Positions 35,186-47,360 of a stretch of DNA of 64,000 nt are shown piece after piece. Location: assembly GCA_958009085.1 (NCBI GenBank), contig OY253675.1:868001-932000 (forward strand), in the 5' to 3' direction. The position numbers were made by a program, and so were the translations under genes. The notes under the pieces are model-generated. The model worked only from the letters and a program-made list of their open reading frames with translations. It was not told the DNA's origin and searched no databases. The stretch comes from Protoeuglena noctilucae. Its lineage: Eukaryota. Positions within the stretch are counted from its first letter, which is position 1; each line of letters begins with the position of its first letter.

Positions 35186-37044
35186 TCATGCCACGATTTT
35201 CCTCGTCCGCGCAAACAGCGTGTCGACGACCCGCCCGATGTTCTGCGGGGGCCGTCGGTGGATGTGCCTGTTGCCGAGCCGTGCAGCTCGCGCACGCCAT
35301 CCTGCACATGCACGCCCGTGGCCTTGCCTGGAAGATGTCTGTTGAAAGCTGGAGAAGCTGGTCGCTCTCCCCGCTGTCGAAGATTTCCAGGCACCCCGCG
35401 CCCTGGTCGAGCGTGGCCCGGAGCTTCTTGTCCAGAATCATCTGCGCCAGCTTCTGCTGCACCAGCTCCACGGGCAGGTTAAGCATGCCCGCCACGTGGG
35501 ACACCTCCACGCTTGTGTACGGCTCGACGATCTGCGCCGGCCGAGGAAGCAAAGATCGCCCGGTGTTAGGGGGCAGCTGGTAAGACGAGGCGACACAGCG
35601 GGCCATTGTCACTCAATCGGTGACATGAATGCCCCGTCCACGCATCTGCGACCATGTGCTCCTTGCTTGGCTGCCGCAGCGCTCGCCTTTTGGATGTTCT
35701 CCTCCAGCAGCTTGTTGCGCAGCTCTTCCAAGTGGTTGAACACCAGCAAATCCTCCCGCAGCTCCGTCCGGTACGACTCCAGCGCCTTCTGGAAGAGCTC
35801 CAGCGAGCGCTCCTGGCTGGCCTTGGCCACGTCGCGCATGGCGTCGATGTTGGGCCCTGCCCACTTGAGCCCACCCTTGGACGCGATGATGCCGGGGACC
35901 TCCGACGCACTGCCCTCCATGACCTTGCACAGCAGCATGTACTTGAGGGACATGACGGCCCTGGCGTCATTGAGGCCAGACAGTGCCTCAAACGCCTCAA
36001 AGAAGTAGGAGCAGGCGGTCGCGTAGTCGTGGTCCTCGGCGTGCAGCGTGCCGGACTGCATGTCGATGTCGGCCTGCGGAAGGCAGAGAGCCAAAGGACG
36101 TCGGAAAACAGAAAGGGTTTGCATCTGCGCCAGGGGACAGAACGGTCAGGCAAGCGCAGCACCTGCGCAAGGGGGGGCACGTAGACGGAGTTCGCGGCCG
36201 TCCGCGCAGCAGTCAGCGCCGCCCGGGCCTTGGGATAGTTGCGCAGCTCGTGGTGGCACCGAGACTCGATCAGATGGATATCGACCAGGAGGAGCTTGTC
36301 ATCCAGGCGCTTGACCTGCGCATGGGGCGGTGGGGGTGGTTCCGCGCGTCGCCTACCAACGGGAATGGCGCAGGGAGGTCGGATGCGTCACATCAACGGG
36401 CGCGCGGCGCCGCTCGCCTCGGTGAGGAGTTCCGCGATGAGGGCCAGTGCCTTGGTGTACTCCCGCGTTTCCAGGAGAAGGGCCGCCAGCCGGATCTGGA
36501 TGCGCTGGCGCAGGAAAGTGCGCTTCTCGGCCCTGCACCACTCGACCTGCTCGTTGCACAACTGCATTTGCAGCTGCGTCGTCCCGGGGATCTGAGCCAG
36601 CGTGTCGATGATGACTCGGACCAACTGCGTGCGGGGGGAGGGCATTTGAAGGCACGGGTCGATGGATGCGCGAGCGAGAATGTGTTGTGCACGGACGGGC
36701 GCCATCCAATCGCGCGAGATCTGGAGTGGAGCCCATGCACGCGCCTTGGCGGTCTTGGCTTTGGGGATGGCGCCGAACAGGGGCCGGAGCTCCACGAGCA
36801 GCGCCTTCACCGCCTCCGCATTGCTGTCCTTCGCAAGTTGGTTCACCAGCGCCGCTATCGCCTCCTCCTTTCGCTTGACCGCCTCGACCGTGTCGAGCTT
36901 GCCCTGCGCGCGCGGGCGCGGGGCTCGTGAGTCAGCTGACGCTGACAGTGCCAACGTGACGGCATGAGGAAAGACATACTACAAGCTCACGTCAAATATG
37001 ACGGATCTCAGCTCCTCCACCGTCTTCGGCAGCTCCTCCGCCAT
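35186..37044 (-). CDS. RPN6: 26S proteasome lid subunit RPN6/PSMD11, 7 exons
   Basis: [89 protein letters not shown] (PCI domain). Confidence 0.97.
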
Positions 37045-37587
37045 CCTTGTCGTCCCCGGAGCCTCGCGCGCCCAGACGCCCACAACGGATGCGCTCTCCC
37101 GACACCCTGGTCTATGAACGTGTGCGAAGCGGACTCGGGTTGGGTGTGTTCACTGACTGCTTCTTAACCACCGTGCGTGCGCGGGTGGGTGCCATCGAGG
37201 GTCGAGATGTTGTGCACGTTGCAAGGCATGTGAGTGACTGCCCGCGCCTCAAATGGCACCTTTGTGGCATGCCAGCCACAGGCAAGCGTCGGCGACACGC
37301 CGGTGGCCTCCTGCAGGGCCGCGACCCACGCAGGCGCGCGTGCTGGCCTGTCCCTGGCATTTTGTCCGCACCGCTCGTGGCCCTTGCTGCATCAATCTCT
37401 CCACGAGGGGCAGGAGAACTTCCCACCTCCCTCGCACAAACTCGCGTGCACGAACCGCCGACTTCATTGCTGCGGGCGCTCCTTCGTAAATACTCTCATC
37501 GAAGGGTGCCAGTGGCTTTCGCGTGATGGAGCCCCTAGCGTAGAGCATTGGCCCCCCGCGCCTACCGCACGCGACAGCGGCGCAGCG

Positions 37588-40500
37588 ATGCACGCGCGTC
37601 CGGAACGTCATGCCAAGCCGGCTAGCGCTCCCGTGAGCGTGGCATCGACGCGTGAGTGGGCAGAGACATCCTCTCTCTCGACGGCTGCGCTCGGGAGCGT
37701 TCGACCAGCCTCATTGCTTGCCTGCCGCACGCCTCACTCCGTCCAGCCCTTCTGCGCGCAGCTCGCAAGGACGTTCCTTCCGTGACCACGTTCGTGGCGC
37801 CTGCCTTGCAAAGGGTTAGGAGCCTTTCGGGTGCACCCACGCCAGCCAAGGCACCAGCTGCCCCAGCTCGTGTGGAAGATGGGGAGGACCTCGCGGCACG
37901 TGTCCGAAGGGCGATGGAGGATGCCGAGGACATAGCCAAGGTAAATGACTTGACCAAGCACTCCTGGCCCTGCTGCCCGCCAATTTGGAGCTGCATATAC
38001 CACGACAAACCCTGTCCCTGGTATTGCACAGCTACAACACAGCGTGTGGGACAACTGCAGGAAACCCCAGGAGCCCTGTCCCCGGAGCGGCGCCCCCCTC
38101 CTCCAGACGCGGGCCCGGCCCCGGCCGTCTCGAGCCCCCGGCTGGCGAATACCGCATCGGACGTGTCCATGGATGAGCTGGAGGGGCTCGTGCCGCCCAT
38201 ACGACCGCTGCGGCACGAATTCAGCGATATTGGACTCGACATCCAGAGAATCCTGGGGGAGGATGCTGCGGCCAGCGTAGCCCGCCCCAAGAGCTCTGAG
38301 AGCCGGTGAGTGACAAGGCTGGTGCCTAGATCTCGCGTAGCCCGCGGCAAGGGTGTTTCGCATGCCAGCGACTCCGGGCAGCCGCAGGGTGGCCAGGAGC
38401 GAGGCTGGCAGCGAGGCGCCGTCTCCCAGCCAGCCGCGGGTGGTGAAGCGCAGCGCGTCGGTGCGGCAGAGCCCGGCGTCGCGTTCGAACGCATCCCTGC
38501 GCAGCTCCTCGTCCCGCCAGCTCATGTACGGCCCGGGATACACGGAGCGCCTCTCGCTGACGGGGACGGAGCGCCCCGCCTCCGCCGCCACCCCAGGCCC
38601 GGCCGTGGCATCGGCGTCCGCCCGGGCACGCACGCCGGGGGGTTCTCTGCACCCCGAATCGGCCGTGAGCTCCGAGGCCAGCGCGGCGGCCCTGGGGCGC
38701 CCAGGGGACGCGGCGCCTGGGGTCCGGCAGGAGCGGGTGCGGGTGGCGGTGCGCGTCCGCCCGGCGCTGCGGCAGCTGCGGGAGCACACGGGCGCTGTGG
38801 AGGTGCTGCCGGACGGCTGCTCGGTGCGGGTCCACCGGCACCTGTCCCTCAAGTCCCAGATCCGCTTCACGGACATGTCGTTTGACCACATCCTGGGCCC
38901 GGGGGCGGGGCAGGAGGACGTGTACGGCGTGGTGGCGCGCGAGGTGGTGGAGGACGTGGTCCGGGGCTACAACGGCACGGTCATGGCGTACGGGCAGACG
39001 GGCGCGGGCAAGACCTTCACCGTCGGCAACATGGTCAGCACGTCGGGAATCATCCCGCGCGCCGCCTCGGAGCTCTTCCAGATTCGCGAGCAGGACGTCG
39101 ACCACGAGTACTCCTTCTTCATGTCGTACGTGCAGATCTACTGCGAGCAGATCCAGGACCTCCTGAAGCCCGCCAACGACAACCTGCAGCTGCGGGAGGA
39201 CGAGCGGGGCCAGGTGGTGCTGGCGGGCGTGCAGGAGGTGGCCGTCAACAACATGCAGATGAGGGCGCGGAGGGCGGGGAGTTGCGTGTTCTTGACTGGC
39301 ATCATGTCGACGTGGTGACTGACGCACCCCTTTCCGCCCCTGCACGAGTGCATGCAGCTGCTGCAAGTCGGGGAGCGGAACCGCACGTATGCCTTCACGC
39401 GCCTCAACGCCCAGAGTTCTCGTTCGCATGCGGCGGTCATCATCACCGTGGAGAAGCGGCGGGCCCGGCAGGACCTGGCGTCGACGGACGTTCGGACGAT
39501 GAAGGTCGGGAAGCTGTACCTGGTGGACCTGGCGGGGTCGGAGCGGCTCAAGAAGAGCGCCTCGGGTGAGGGCGGTGGGGATGCTCCGTCGCTGCGTGGC
39601 AGGCGGGCGCACAGGACTTTGTCGGACGCGCAACGCCGCCCCGCTTCGCAGAGGGCCAGCGTCAGCACGAGGCCAAGGCCATCAACCTCTCCCTCACGAC
39701 GCTGGGCATGTGCATCAACGCCCGCGCCTCCAACAACCCCAACGCGTACGTCCCCTTCCGGGACTCGAAGCTCACGCGGCTGCTGCAGGAGTCGCTGGGG
39801 GGCAACGCCAAGACGTCCCTGGTGGTGTGCGTGCCGGACGCCGTCGAGCACATCGAAGAGACCATGTCCTCGCTGCAGTTCGGGCAGCGCGCCATGGCCG
39901 TCCTCATGCGGCCCCGCGTCAACGAGGTCATGGACCCGGACCAGTTTACGGCCGAGCTGGAGGAGCGCATCAGCCGAGCGGAGACGGCCAGGTGGGGGGG
40001 GGGGGGGGGGTTGGGGTAGGAGAGGGACTCTTGCAGCGCGCATCGCACGCGCGGCCGTCGTGTCTGGCTGCCCGTCAGGCCCCCTGCGTGTGCCTCGCCC
40101 CGCGTGCAGGGAGATGCTCAAGGCGGCGCTCTTCTCCAAGCAAGAGCAGCTCGAGGCGCTGCGTGCGGCGATGGAGTCGGACCACTTCACGCAGCGCCAG
40201 AAGCTCAGAGACGTGGCCGTGAGGTTCAAGGAGCAGAAGGCCGCCCTGCAGGCCGAGCAGGCCAAGCGCGCGGAGCTCGAGAGCACCTGCCAGGTGCGCT
40301 GCTGGCCCCGGCACAGCTCGAGGATAGATGTGCGTTCGCATCTACCCGGTCGCTGCCTGTTCTTGACTAGCAACCCCCCGCTGTCCCACCGCAGCGCCTT
40401 CAGTCCCAGGTCGGGACTCTCGAGGCTTCCATCGCCGAGCTGCAAGCCTTCTCCTCCTCTCTGGTCAAGAGCAACGCGGAGCTGCAGGGTCTGAACAAGT

Positions 40501-42156
40501 TCCTCCACGAGCAGCTGGACGCCTTTAACCGGAGAGCCGAGGAGGGGTCGGGCACGGCAGTGGCGGCACGGGTGGGCGTGGCAGGGTCGCATGCATTGAC
40601 AGCTTCATGCGCGCGCTGATGCAGTCTTTGACTTCTTTTGTTGTCGAGACTCGATCGCAGGAGGACGCCCTGCGTTTGGCGACGGAGGGCGAGGACCTGC
40701 GCCAGGAGTTGCGTCGGGGCGAGGAGCGCGTGACGAGTCTGCAGGACCAGGTCGGGGATCTGCTGGAAGCCAACCGCGTGCTGCGCGGGGTCAATGCGGA
40801 GCTCGAGGCGCAGGTGGAAGAGGCGGACCGGCAGGCGGATGCGGCACAGGCAAGGGCAGCAGTGGGCGCGGCAGTATTTGTGGCGGGTCCCAAAGTGTGT
40901 CACGGTTTGCGCATGTGACAGCGCTTGAGAGCAGCGTGCGCGTCTAGCATGCGCGTGTCTCCTCTGGCGGTGCAGGACGCGCTCCGGCAGAGCCAGGCCC
41001 AGGCCGAGCGGCAGGCGCAGGACATTGCCCAGCTCAAGGAGATGCTCAACAAGTGGCAGGAGGAGACGGCGGAGACGCACCGCAAGAACCGTGCCGCGAG
41101 GTGGGAACATTCGGGGCTGGCATAGGACGGGCATTCATTTCAAGCGCAGTCGCCCATCGCTTGCCCCGCACTGTCTTGTGTCGCAGGCGGATCCAGAAGG
41201 CGTGGCGACGGCACCGGTTGCGGCGTCTCGTGGCCAAGATCAACGACTCGAATCGGGCGGCGCGGGAGAAGGCGGGGCAGCTGCAGGAGGCGCAGGACAG
41301 GAGGAGGGGCGTGCTGCTGTGGGTGGGAGCGGGGGTCGTCACCAAGTCGATCGAGAGCGTGTCAGCCGCCGCTGAGGCCCTCTGCCAGATGATGCTGCTG
41401 CCAGGTGAGGCTCGGCTGCCGAGGCCCCCCGACACGGCAGTCGTGCACACATAGCCTGAACGTCGTACTGCTCTTCTTTCTTCACAGAGAAGGACCTCAA
41501 ACGGCACCTGGTGATGAAGCAGCGGAGCTTCACGGCGTTCAAAGCAGACAAGGACGCGGATGTGGTGAGGGGAGCGGCACCGCCATGCCCGCGCTGCAGC
41601 ACAGACAAGCGCCTTTCGACCGCACTGACCCACGGAAATCTGCTTGGCATCTCTCGTACGCAGGGGCCCTCCTCGAGAGCACCGGACAAGCGACCAGGCG
41701 GCTACGAGACGCCGCGACGCCCTCCCTCTCCGGGCCCCTCGGGCGGGGGCATGGCGCCAGGGAGCGTGACGGGCGCGAGCCAGCAGGGGGCGCCCGCAGC
41801 GGCAGGCACCTCGCGCCTGCTCAAGGTAAGCACTGTTCACGTCAGGCAGCCCCTGCGGCCTTGGTGCCTGCCGTGCTACGAATTCGAAGGGGGTGACGTG
41901 CGCACGCGTCATGTCCCCTGGCCTCGACGTGGTGAATCGGGTTTCACGCCCGCAGACACGCACGCCGCTCAAGGAACGCCTGTTCGGGTCGTGGTCCCGG
42001 AGAGACTTGCGCGACAGCGCCGGGTCTGCGTCCGAGTCGGTGGCGGGGACGCCGAGGTCGAGCCGGGCGCCGAGCCTGACCCACGGAGGGGCGCAGCACA
42101 TGCAGCCCATTCCGTTCGCCGCGCCCCTCTCTGCCGCGGCTTACCAGCGCAACTAG
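37588..42156 (+). CDS. Kinesin with an ARK-like motor domain, coiled coil and C-terminal IQ motif; about 12 exons, including one AT-AC intron
   Basis: RVRVAVRVRP; YNGTVMAYGQTGAGKT; SSRSHA; LVDLAGSER; AINLSL; VPFRDSKLTRLLQESLGGNAKT; FGQRAM. Start inferred. Confidence 0.92.
39259..39345 (+). other. AT-AC intron with U2-type signals in the kinesin gene
   Basis: CAG|ATGAGG...CTGAC...CCCCTTTCCGCCCCTGCAC|GAG. It contains an in-frame TGA (39316-39318). Removal restores GVQEVAVNNMQ|ECMQLLQVGERNR at consensus kinesin spacing. Confidence 0.8.
39994..40010 (+). repeat. G homopolymer (about 17 nt) at the 5' end of a kinesin intron
   Basis: GTGGGGGGGGGGGGGGGGGTTGGGG directly after the splice donor. Confidence 0.8.
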
Positions 42157-42203
42157 CAGCGAGGCGTGCCCACGAACGCCAGAGCTCTCTTGCGCCCGCT
42201 CCA

Positions 42204-43647
42204 TCACGCGAGCCCTTCGACGCCCGCCCCCGTCCGCGCAATGTCATCCATGGCGCGAACGACGCGCGGCCGCACCGCGGGCCACGCTCCCGTGACGACC
42301 ACGCGCCCCTCATCCATCAGCGTCACGCTATCGGCCTCCTCCAGCTCGTCCAGCCGGTGCGTCGCCCACACGCACGTCACGCCCGAGTGCCGGACCACGT
42401 CCCGCACGGCCTGCGATGGGAGCGCCGCAGAGGCCACCCCCGCTCACGCTGGGTCATGGCCACATGTGCATGCCGCTGTGCAGCCCATGCGTGCTGGGCA
42501 GCTAGGGAAGCAGCGTCGGCGATGTGTGAAGAAGCAAGCAAGCGATGGGTACATCGTGACGCCTATGGCATCCCGCAGCCCATGCCACTGGGCGCACCTG
42601 CAGCACATTCCCCTGCTCCTCCTCGTCCAAGTATGTCGTGAGTTCATCCAGCAGCAGCAGCCGCGGGCGCTGGACGAGCGCCCCCGCGATGGCCGCGCGC
42701 TGCTTCTGTCCCCCCGAGAGGCTGTGGACTGGCCTGGGGTGGCGGGGAGGGGCGGGGCCGTCACGAGCGCTCATGACACATGCCTGGGCGCTTTGACGCG
42801 TGGCACGCAAGGCGCGCGGCACTGTCACCGATCGGCCAGCTCCCCGATGTTGAGGCGGGCGAGGGCCGCCAGGGAGGCTTCCCACCGGTCCTGAGGGGCG
42901 CTGCCATCCTGGATGCCGAGCGCGACGTCGTGGCCCAGGGTGGGCATCACCACCTGGTGGTCGGGGTTCTGGAACACGAAACCAACCGGGCGGTCCACGT
43001 CCACCTGTGAGACGCAGACTGGAGCGTGCAAAGTTGCATCCAGGTGCAGACCACCATGTTAGACAGGCCCCGCGCTTCGACTGCTCCTCGCCTCGCCGCT
43101 GGATACGGGCGCCAGGCCCCCAATGGCTTTGATGAGCGTCGACTTGCCACACCCGTTGCGGCCCACGAGCATGTGGAGGTGACCCCTGAAGAAGGGGAAA
43201 GATTCGCGGCCTTCGTCGGGTGACCCACTCGTCAGCCAGGCATGTGAAAAGTAGCCCTTAGCTTGATTCACCTTGCAATATCAAGGCTCACGCCATTCAA
43301 GATCCTTCTGGACCCCAAATCGACGGCCAGGTCCCGGACGGACACCGCAAACTGTGTGGGGTGCTCTCCGGCGGCCCTGGGAGCCACCTGAGCACGCTTC
43401 CGGCGTAGTCTATGTGGATGTAGCCCGCAAACGTGGCAGCTAGCTAAGGTCGACATCGCACGGTCCAGGATGAAGACCAGCTGTCTTTTTCTCCCTCTCT
43501 ACGTGGCTGCAGGCGACGCCTCACGAAGACGACCCCACGACCACCAGCCTTGCTTATGCATGCATACGTCGGCAGCCTGCCGCCGCTGTGTATGTGAGGG
43601 TGCACTGCGCACTGACGTGAACTTGCGAGGTGCCGGAGGCTGTCCAT
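42204..43647 (-). CDS. ABCI10: ABC transporter I family ATPase (ABCI10 / ECF-CbiO-like), probably plastid; start uncertain
   Basis: Walker [11 protein letters not shown]-loop [31 protein letters not shown]; Walker [22 protein letters not shown]. Confidence 0.9.
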
Positions 43648-43818
43648 CGACTCGGACCAGCGACGGCCCCGCAGAAATGCGCCTGTGCCTGTGGAGTGTG
43701 TTTGGCTTGGTTTCCTTTCTCGCGATCCCAAACATTTGAGCTGGCCAGAGCTTCGTCACACTGAGTTGGGGAGTTGACGCTTGTAGCAGGAGGCAGACTC
43801 GCGTGGAGCAAGCTATCG

Positions 43819-45923
43819 ATGTCGGGGTTGGGGCAGCGCGTCGCCAAGCCAGTGGGTAGCGAGAAGGATGTGAGCAAGGGCCGCGTCCAGACCACGACCG
43901 TACGGCGGTACTGGGCAGGTGCTGAGGCTCGCCGCGGCAGCGAGCGCGGTTGAGGATGCTTCATATGGAGCCTTCCAAACCGGCGCACAGTCTCGCGTCC
44001 GCAGGGAAGGCGCCGGCGTGGCTGGAGGAGAAGGCCGAGCCCGCGCCCGTGGCGGAGCCTCGCAAGGTGCGTGCCCCTCTCTCCCGTATGACGCGAAGAT
44101 TGCATTGCAGTCGACGAGAGTACCATTATGCGTCCGAGCCATTTCTGCGCAGGATGCCGAGCCCGCGGAGACGGAGGGGGAGCGCGTGGTGCGGACGGAG
44201 GTCCAAGCCCCGGTCATCGTCGCGCGGAAGAGCGACCCGCGCCTCGCGAGGCTTCAGGCGAGTGCGCATATCCGTGCAAGCTCCTGAGGCTCCTAGCACG
44301 ACCTATACACGCGGACAGGGTCACGCTGTGCCGAGTTGCTCCCAGGCATCACGGGGCGACTTGAGTGAAGCGCGCGAGGAGCACCGCCAGAACAGGGAGC
44401 GCGAGATCAGCCGAGCAAGTGCTGTGGCGAGGCCGGGGTCGTCGGCGGAGGACGAGGAGCCTCAGGACGAGGAGGCGCTCGAGGCCCGGCGGTGCGTCCC
44501 TCTGCCTTGCACCGCGTCCGGTGCTGCGTCGAGCCGGCGGGTTTCAACGTTGGCCGTGCTCTGATCGCAACGGAGCTATTTTTTGCAGGGCGGCCATCCG
44601 CGCTAGGATGGCGAAGCTGGAGGCGCAGGCGCAGGCGGACGAGGGCCAGGGGGGCGCAGCTGAGGGGAGTTCCGAGGAGACGGATGAGGATTCAGAGGAA
44701 GAGACGGACGACGAGACGGATGAGGATGACGCGAAGATCGCGCGGCCCATCTTTGTGCCCAAGCGGCAGCGGGAGGTGGAGCGTGAGAGGGAGGCCCAGA
44801 GGGAGGCGGAGGAGCGGGAGGCGGAGTTGGAGAAAGCCAGGGCAGAGGAGCGGCGGCAGGTGCGCAGCGTCGCGGAGGTCGCGGAGATGTGGACTGGGGC
44901 TTTCTAGGAATCGCCCTTCCTGTGTGCGTTACGATGTGACAATGTGCTATGCTTGTCATGCAGGCGACCAAGGCGATGGTGGCCGAGGCGATTCAGCTGG
45001 AGCAGCAGCGGGAGAACGCCAAGGACGACGAGACTGTGGCGCTGGAAGCCGTCGACACGGACGACGACGACGAGGACGAGGCTGAGTTCGAGTCCTGGCG
45101 GCAGCGGGAGCTCGGGCGCATCAGGTGCTGGGTGCTGGGTGTGCACTGTGATACCGCACACGCGACAGCGCGACTTGCAAACATGAAGGGGGCCGACTCC
45201 AGCAGAGCGTGACCAGGGTCGGTGCTGCCATCCCCCGTGTGTGCCCTGCAGCCTTGCATGCCTCCTCCACCCCTCCGTCAGGCAAGCTTAGCCGTGCCTC
45301 CGCAGGCGCGCGCACACGGAGCGCGCCGACGAGCGGCGCAAGCTGGAAGAGGCTCAGCGGCTGCGTTCCATGACGGAGGAGGAGCGCCTGGCGCAGCTGT
45401 CGCTGCGGCGGGAGACGGAGGAGAAGCGGGGCAAGATGAAGTTCATGCAGAAGTACTACCACAAGGGGGCTTTCTTCCAGTCGGACGCGGACGACAAGAC
45501 GGGCACGGTGGGGACGTTCGAGATCCTCCAGCGGGACTTCTCGGCTCCCGTGGGGATGGACAAGTTCGACAAGACGGCGCTGCCGTCCGTCCTGCACGTG
45601 AGGCACTCCGCCATAGATGGATGGGCTGGCGGCTCTTCTCGTCCCTGCCTTGCCCGCATGGCGAGGCTGCTTAACCCCGTTTCGATATGCAGGTGCGCTC
45701 GAATGACTTCGGCAAGAGAGCGCGGTCCAAGTGGACGCACTTGATGGCGGAAGACACCACGGCCGACCCCCGGGGCAAGGCTCCGTTCCCAGACATGGCG
45801 GAGGCGGAGGCGCCTGGCAAGCGGCCCCCGGCGCCTTCGCTGGGCGCGCCGCTCGTGCTTAAGAAGCGGCCTTTGACGGGGACCGACATGGTGTTCGACA
45901 AACCTAAAAAGTTCAAGACGTGA
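43819..45923 (+). CDS. MFAP1: Microfibrillar-associated protein 1 (spliceosomal B-complex protein), 8 exons
   Basis: VRRYWAGKAPAW; RPIFVPKRQR; EFESWRQRELGRI; KMKFMQKYYHKGAFF; RDFSAPVGMDKFDKTALP; FGKRARSKWTHLMAEDTT. Confidence 0.95.
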
Positions 45924-45947
45924 GCCCGGCCCCACGCTCAGGCCCCT

Positions 45948-47041
45948 CTACGCACTCGAGATGGCCTGCTCGATGCTGCGCAGCTTCGTGCGAGTAGACA
46001 GATCGATGTACTTGTCCCCCACCTCGACGATCATCCCGCCCATGATGCTCGGGTCCACCTTGGCGACCACCTGCACGCATAGAGGGGTGCGAGTCTCAAT
46101 GGCATAGCAAGGGGGACGGGATTCTCGAGCGTCGCCACGTGCCCCGCGCAGCCGGACACTCGCCTCCAGCGGCTGGGCCGTGCCCAGGATCTTGCCCAGC
46201 AGCACCCCGACCTGCTTGCCCTGGGCCGCCGACAGCGGCTCAAACGTCGTCACCACCGCCATCGACTCGCCGCGGGTGCCCGAGGCCATCCGCATAAACT
46301 CGTCGCAAATGTCAGGGACGTGTCCCAGGCGCCCGCCCTCGCCCAGAACCTGCAGGGGGGTCGCCTCGACACGACGTTGCAAAGCAGGGCGTTGATCCGG
46401 GCACGGCAGCTTGCGTGCAAGAAAAGAACGCACCTCCAGCAGGTTGAGGACCGCCTTGCTCGTGCCCAGCTTGCCCGCCGCCTCGCGCAAGATCCCCATC
46501 TTGGTGGCCGCAGGGGTTGAAGGGTCCTTGAGGAAAGACGTGAGCGAGGGCGTCATCTCCAACAGCCTCTTCAGCGACGTCACGTCGGACTCGACCTCAG
46601 CGGCCACCTTGGCGTTCTGCAGGACGCGGGTGGGCCAGGGGGAGGGGTCGTCATGCAACCGCGCCATTCGCAGGGCCTGCCGTCGCCGTCGCCGCTCCAG
46701 CTCCAGCGACGGGGCGTTTTTGCGCCTCACCTTGGCCTCATTGAAAAGCGCAGCCGCGTAGTTGGCCGAAAGCGAGCCCAGGGCGCCACCGCTTGATGCG
46801 ATGCCGCGAGCCTGCGGGAGGGGAGTCCAGGTCGCCGCTGACGCCCGCGCGGCCAGGCCAGCTACACAGCAGCACGACAACGAGCATCACACGCGTCTTC
46901 CGACGCGCGCAAACCGTCCACATCAGAGGACGCGCGGCAGACCCGCGGACTCGCGCGACAGCACCCCAAAAGCGACGCCGATCTCTTCGTCACTGCACTC
47001 GCCTGCAGGCGGCAGGCGCCGGACACTGCCCGCCGCAGCAT
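45948..47041 (-). CDS. OSCP: Mitochondrial ATP synthase OSCP (delta family) subunit, 5 exons
   Basis: Presequence MLRRAVSGACRLQ|ARGIASSGG; YAAALF; FLKDPS; KVDPSIMGGMIVEVGDKYIDLS. Confidence 0.9.
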
Positions 47042-47360
47042 CGGCCCCGGTTTGCTTTCGCACTTCCCCTCGCCTCGCCCACGCGCCCACAACTCCTCTC
47101 CCCTGCTCAAGCGGCGTTTTCGCGCGAACACTACCGTGCTGCAGGTCCCAGCCCGCGCTTCGGCAGCCCTTGAACTGGCGTGTCGCTGTCAGTCCGCTGA
47201 TGCGCTCGCTGGCGATATTTGTGAGAAATTCGCCGTCCTCCCGCATCGCACTGTCATCTGCGAGTCGCGGGTGCAGCATTTTCGCCGCGACCGCGACGAG
47301 GTCAACTGCTTGTCAGCATTTGCCTTCGGGCCCCCGCGCTTGCGGCCCAGGGGTCTGTCC

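Noticed and set aside
39259..39345. Kinesin as a pseudogene, TGA readthrough/selenocysteine, or a U12 intron
   Set aside because: All motor motifs are intact, readthrough would insert 29 aa into the core, and the U12 consensus donor and branch sequences are absent.
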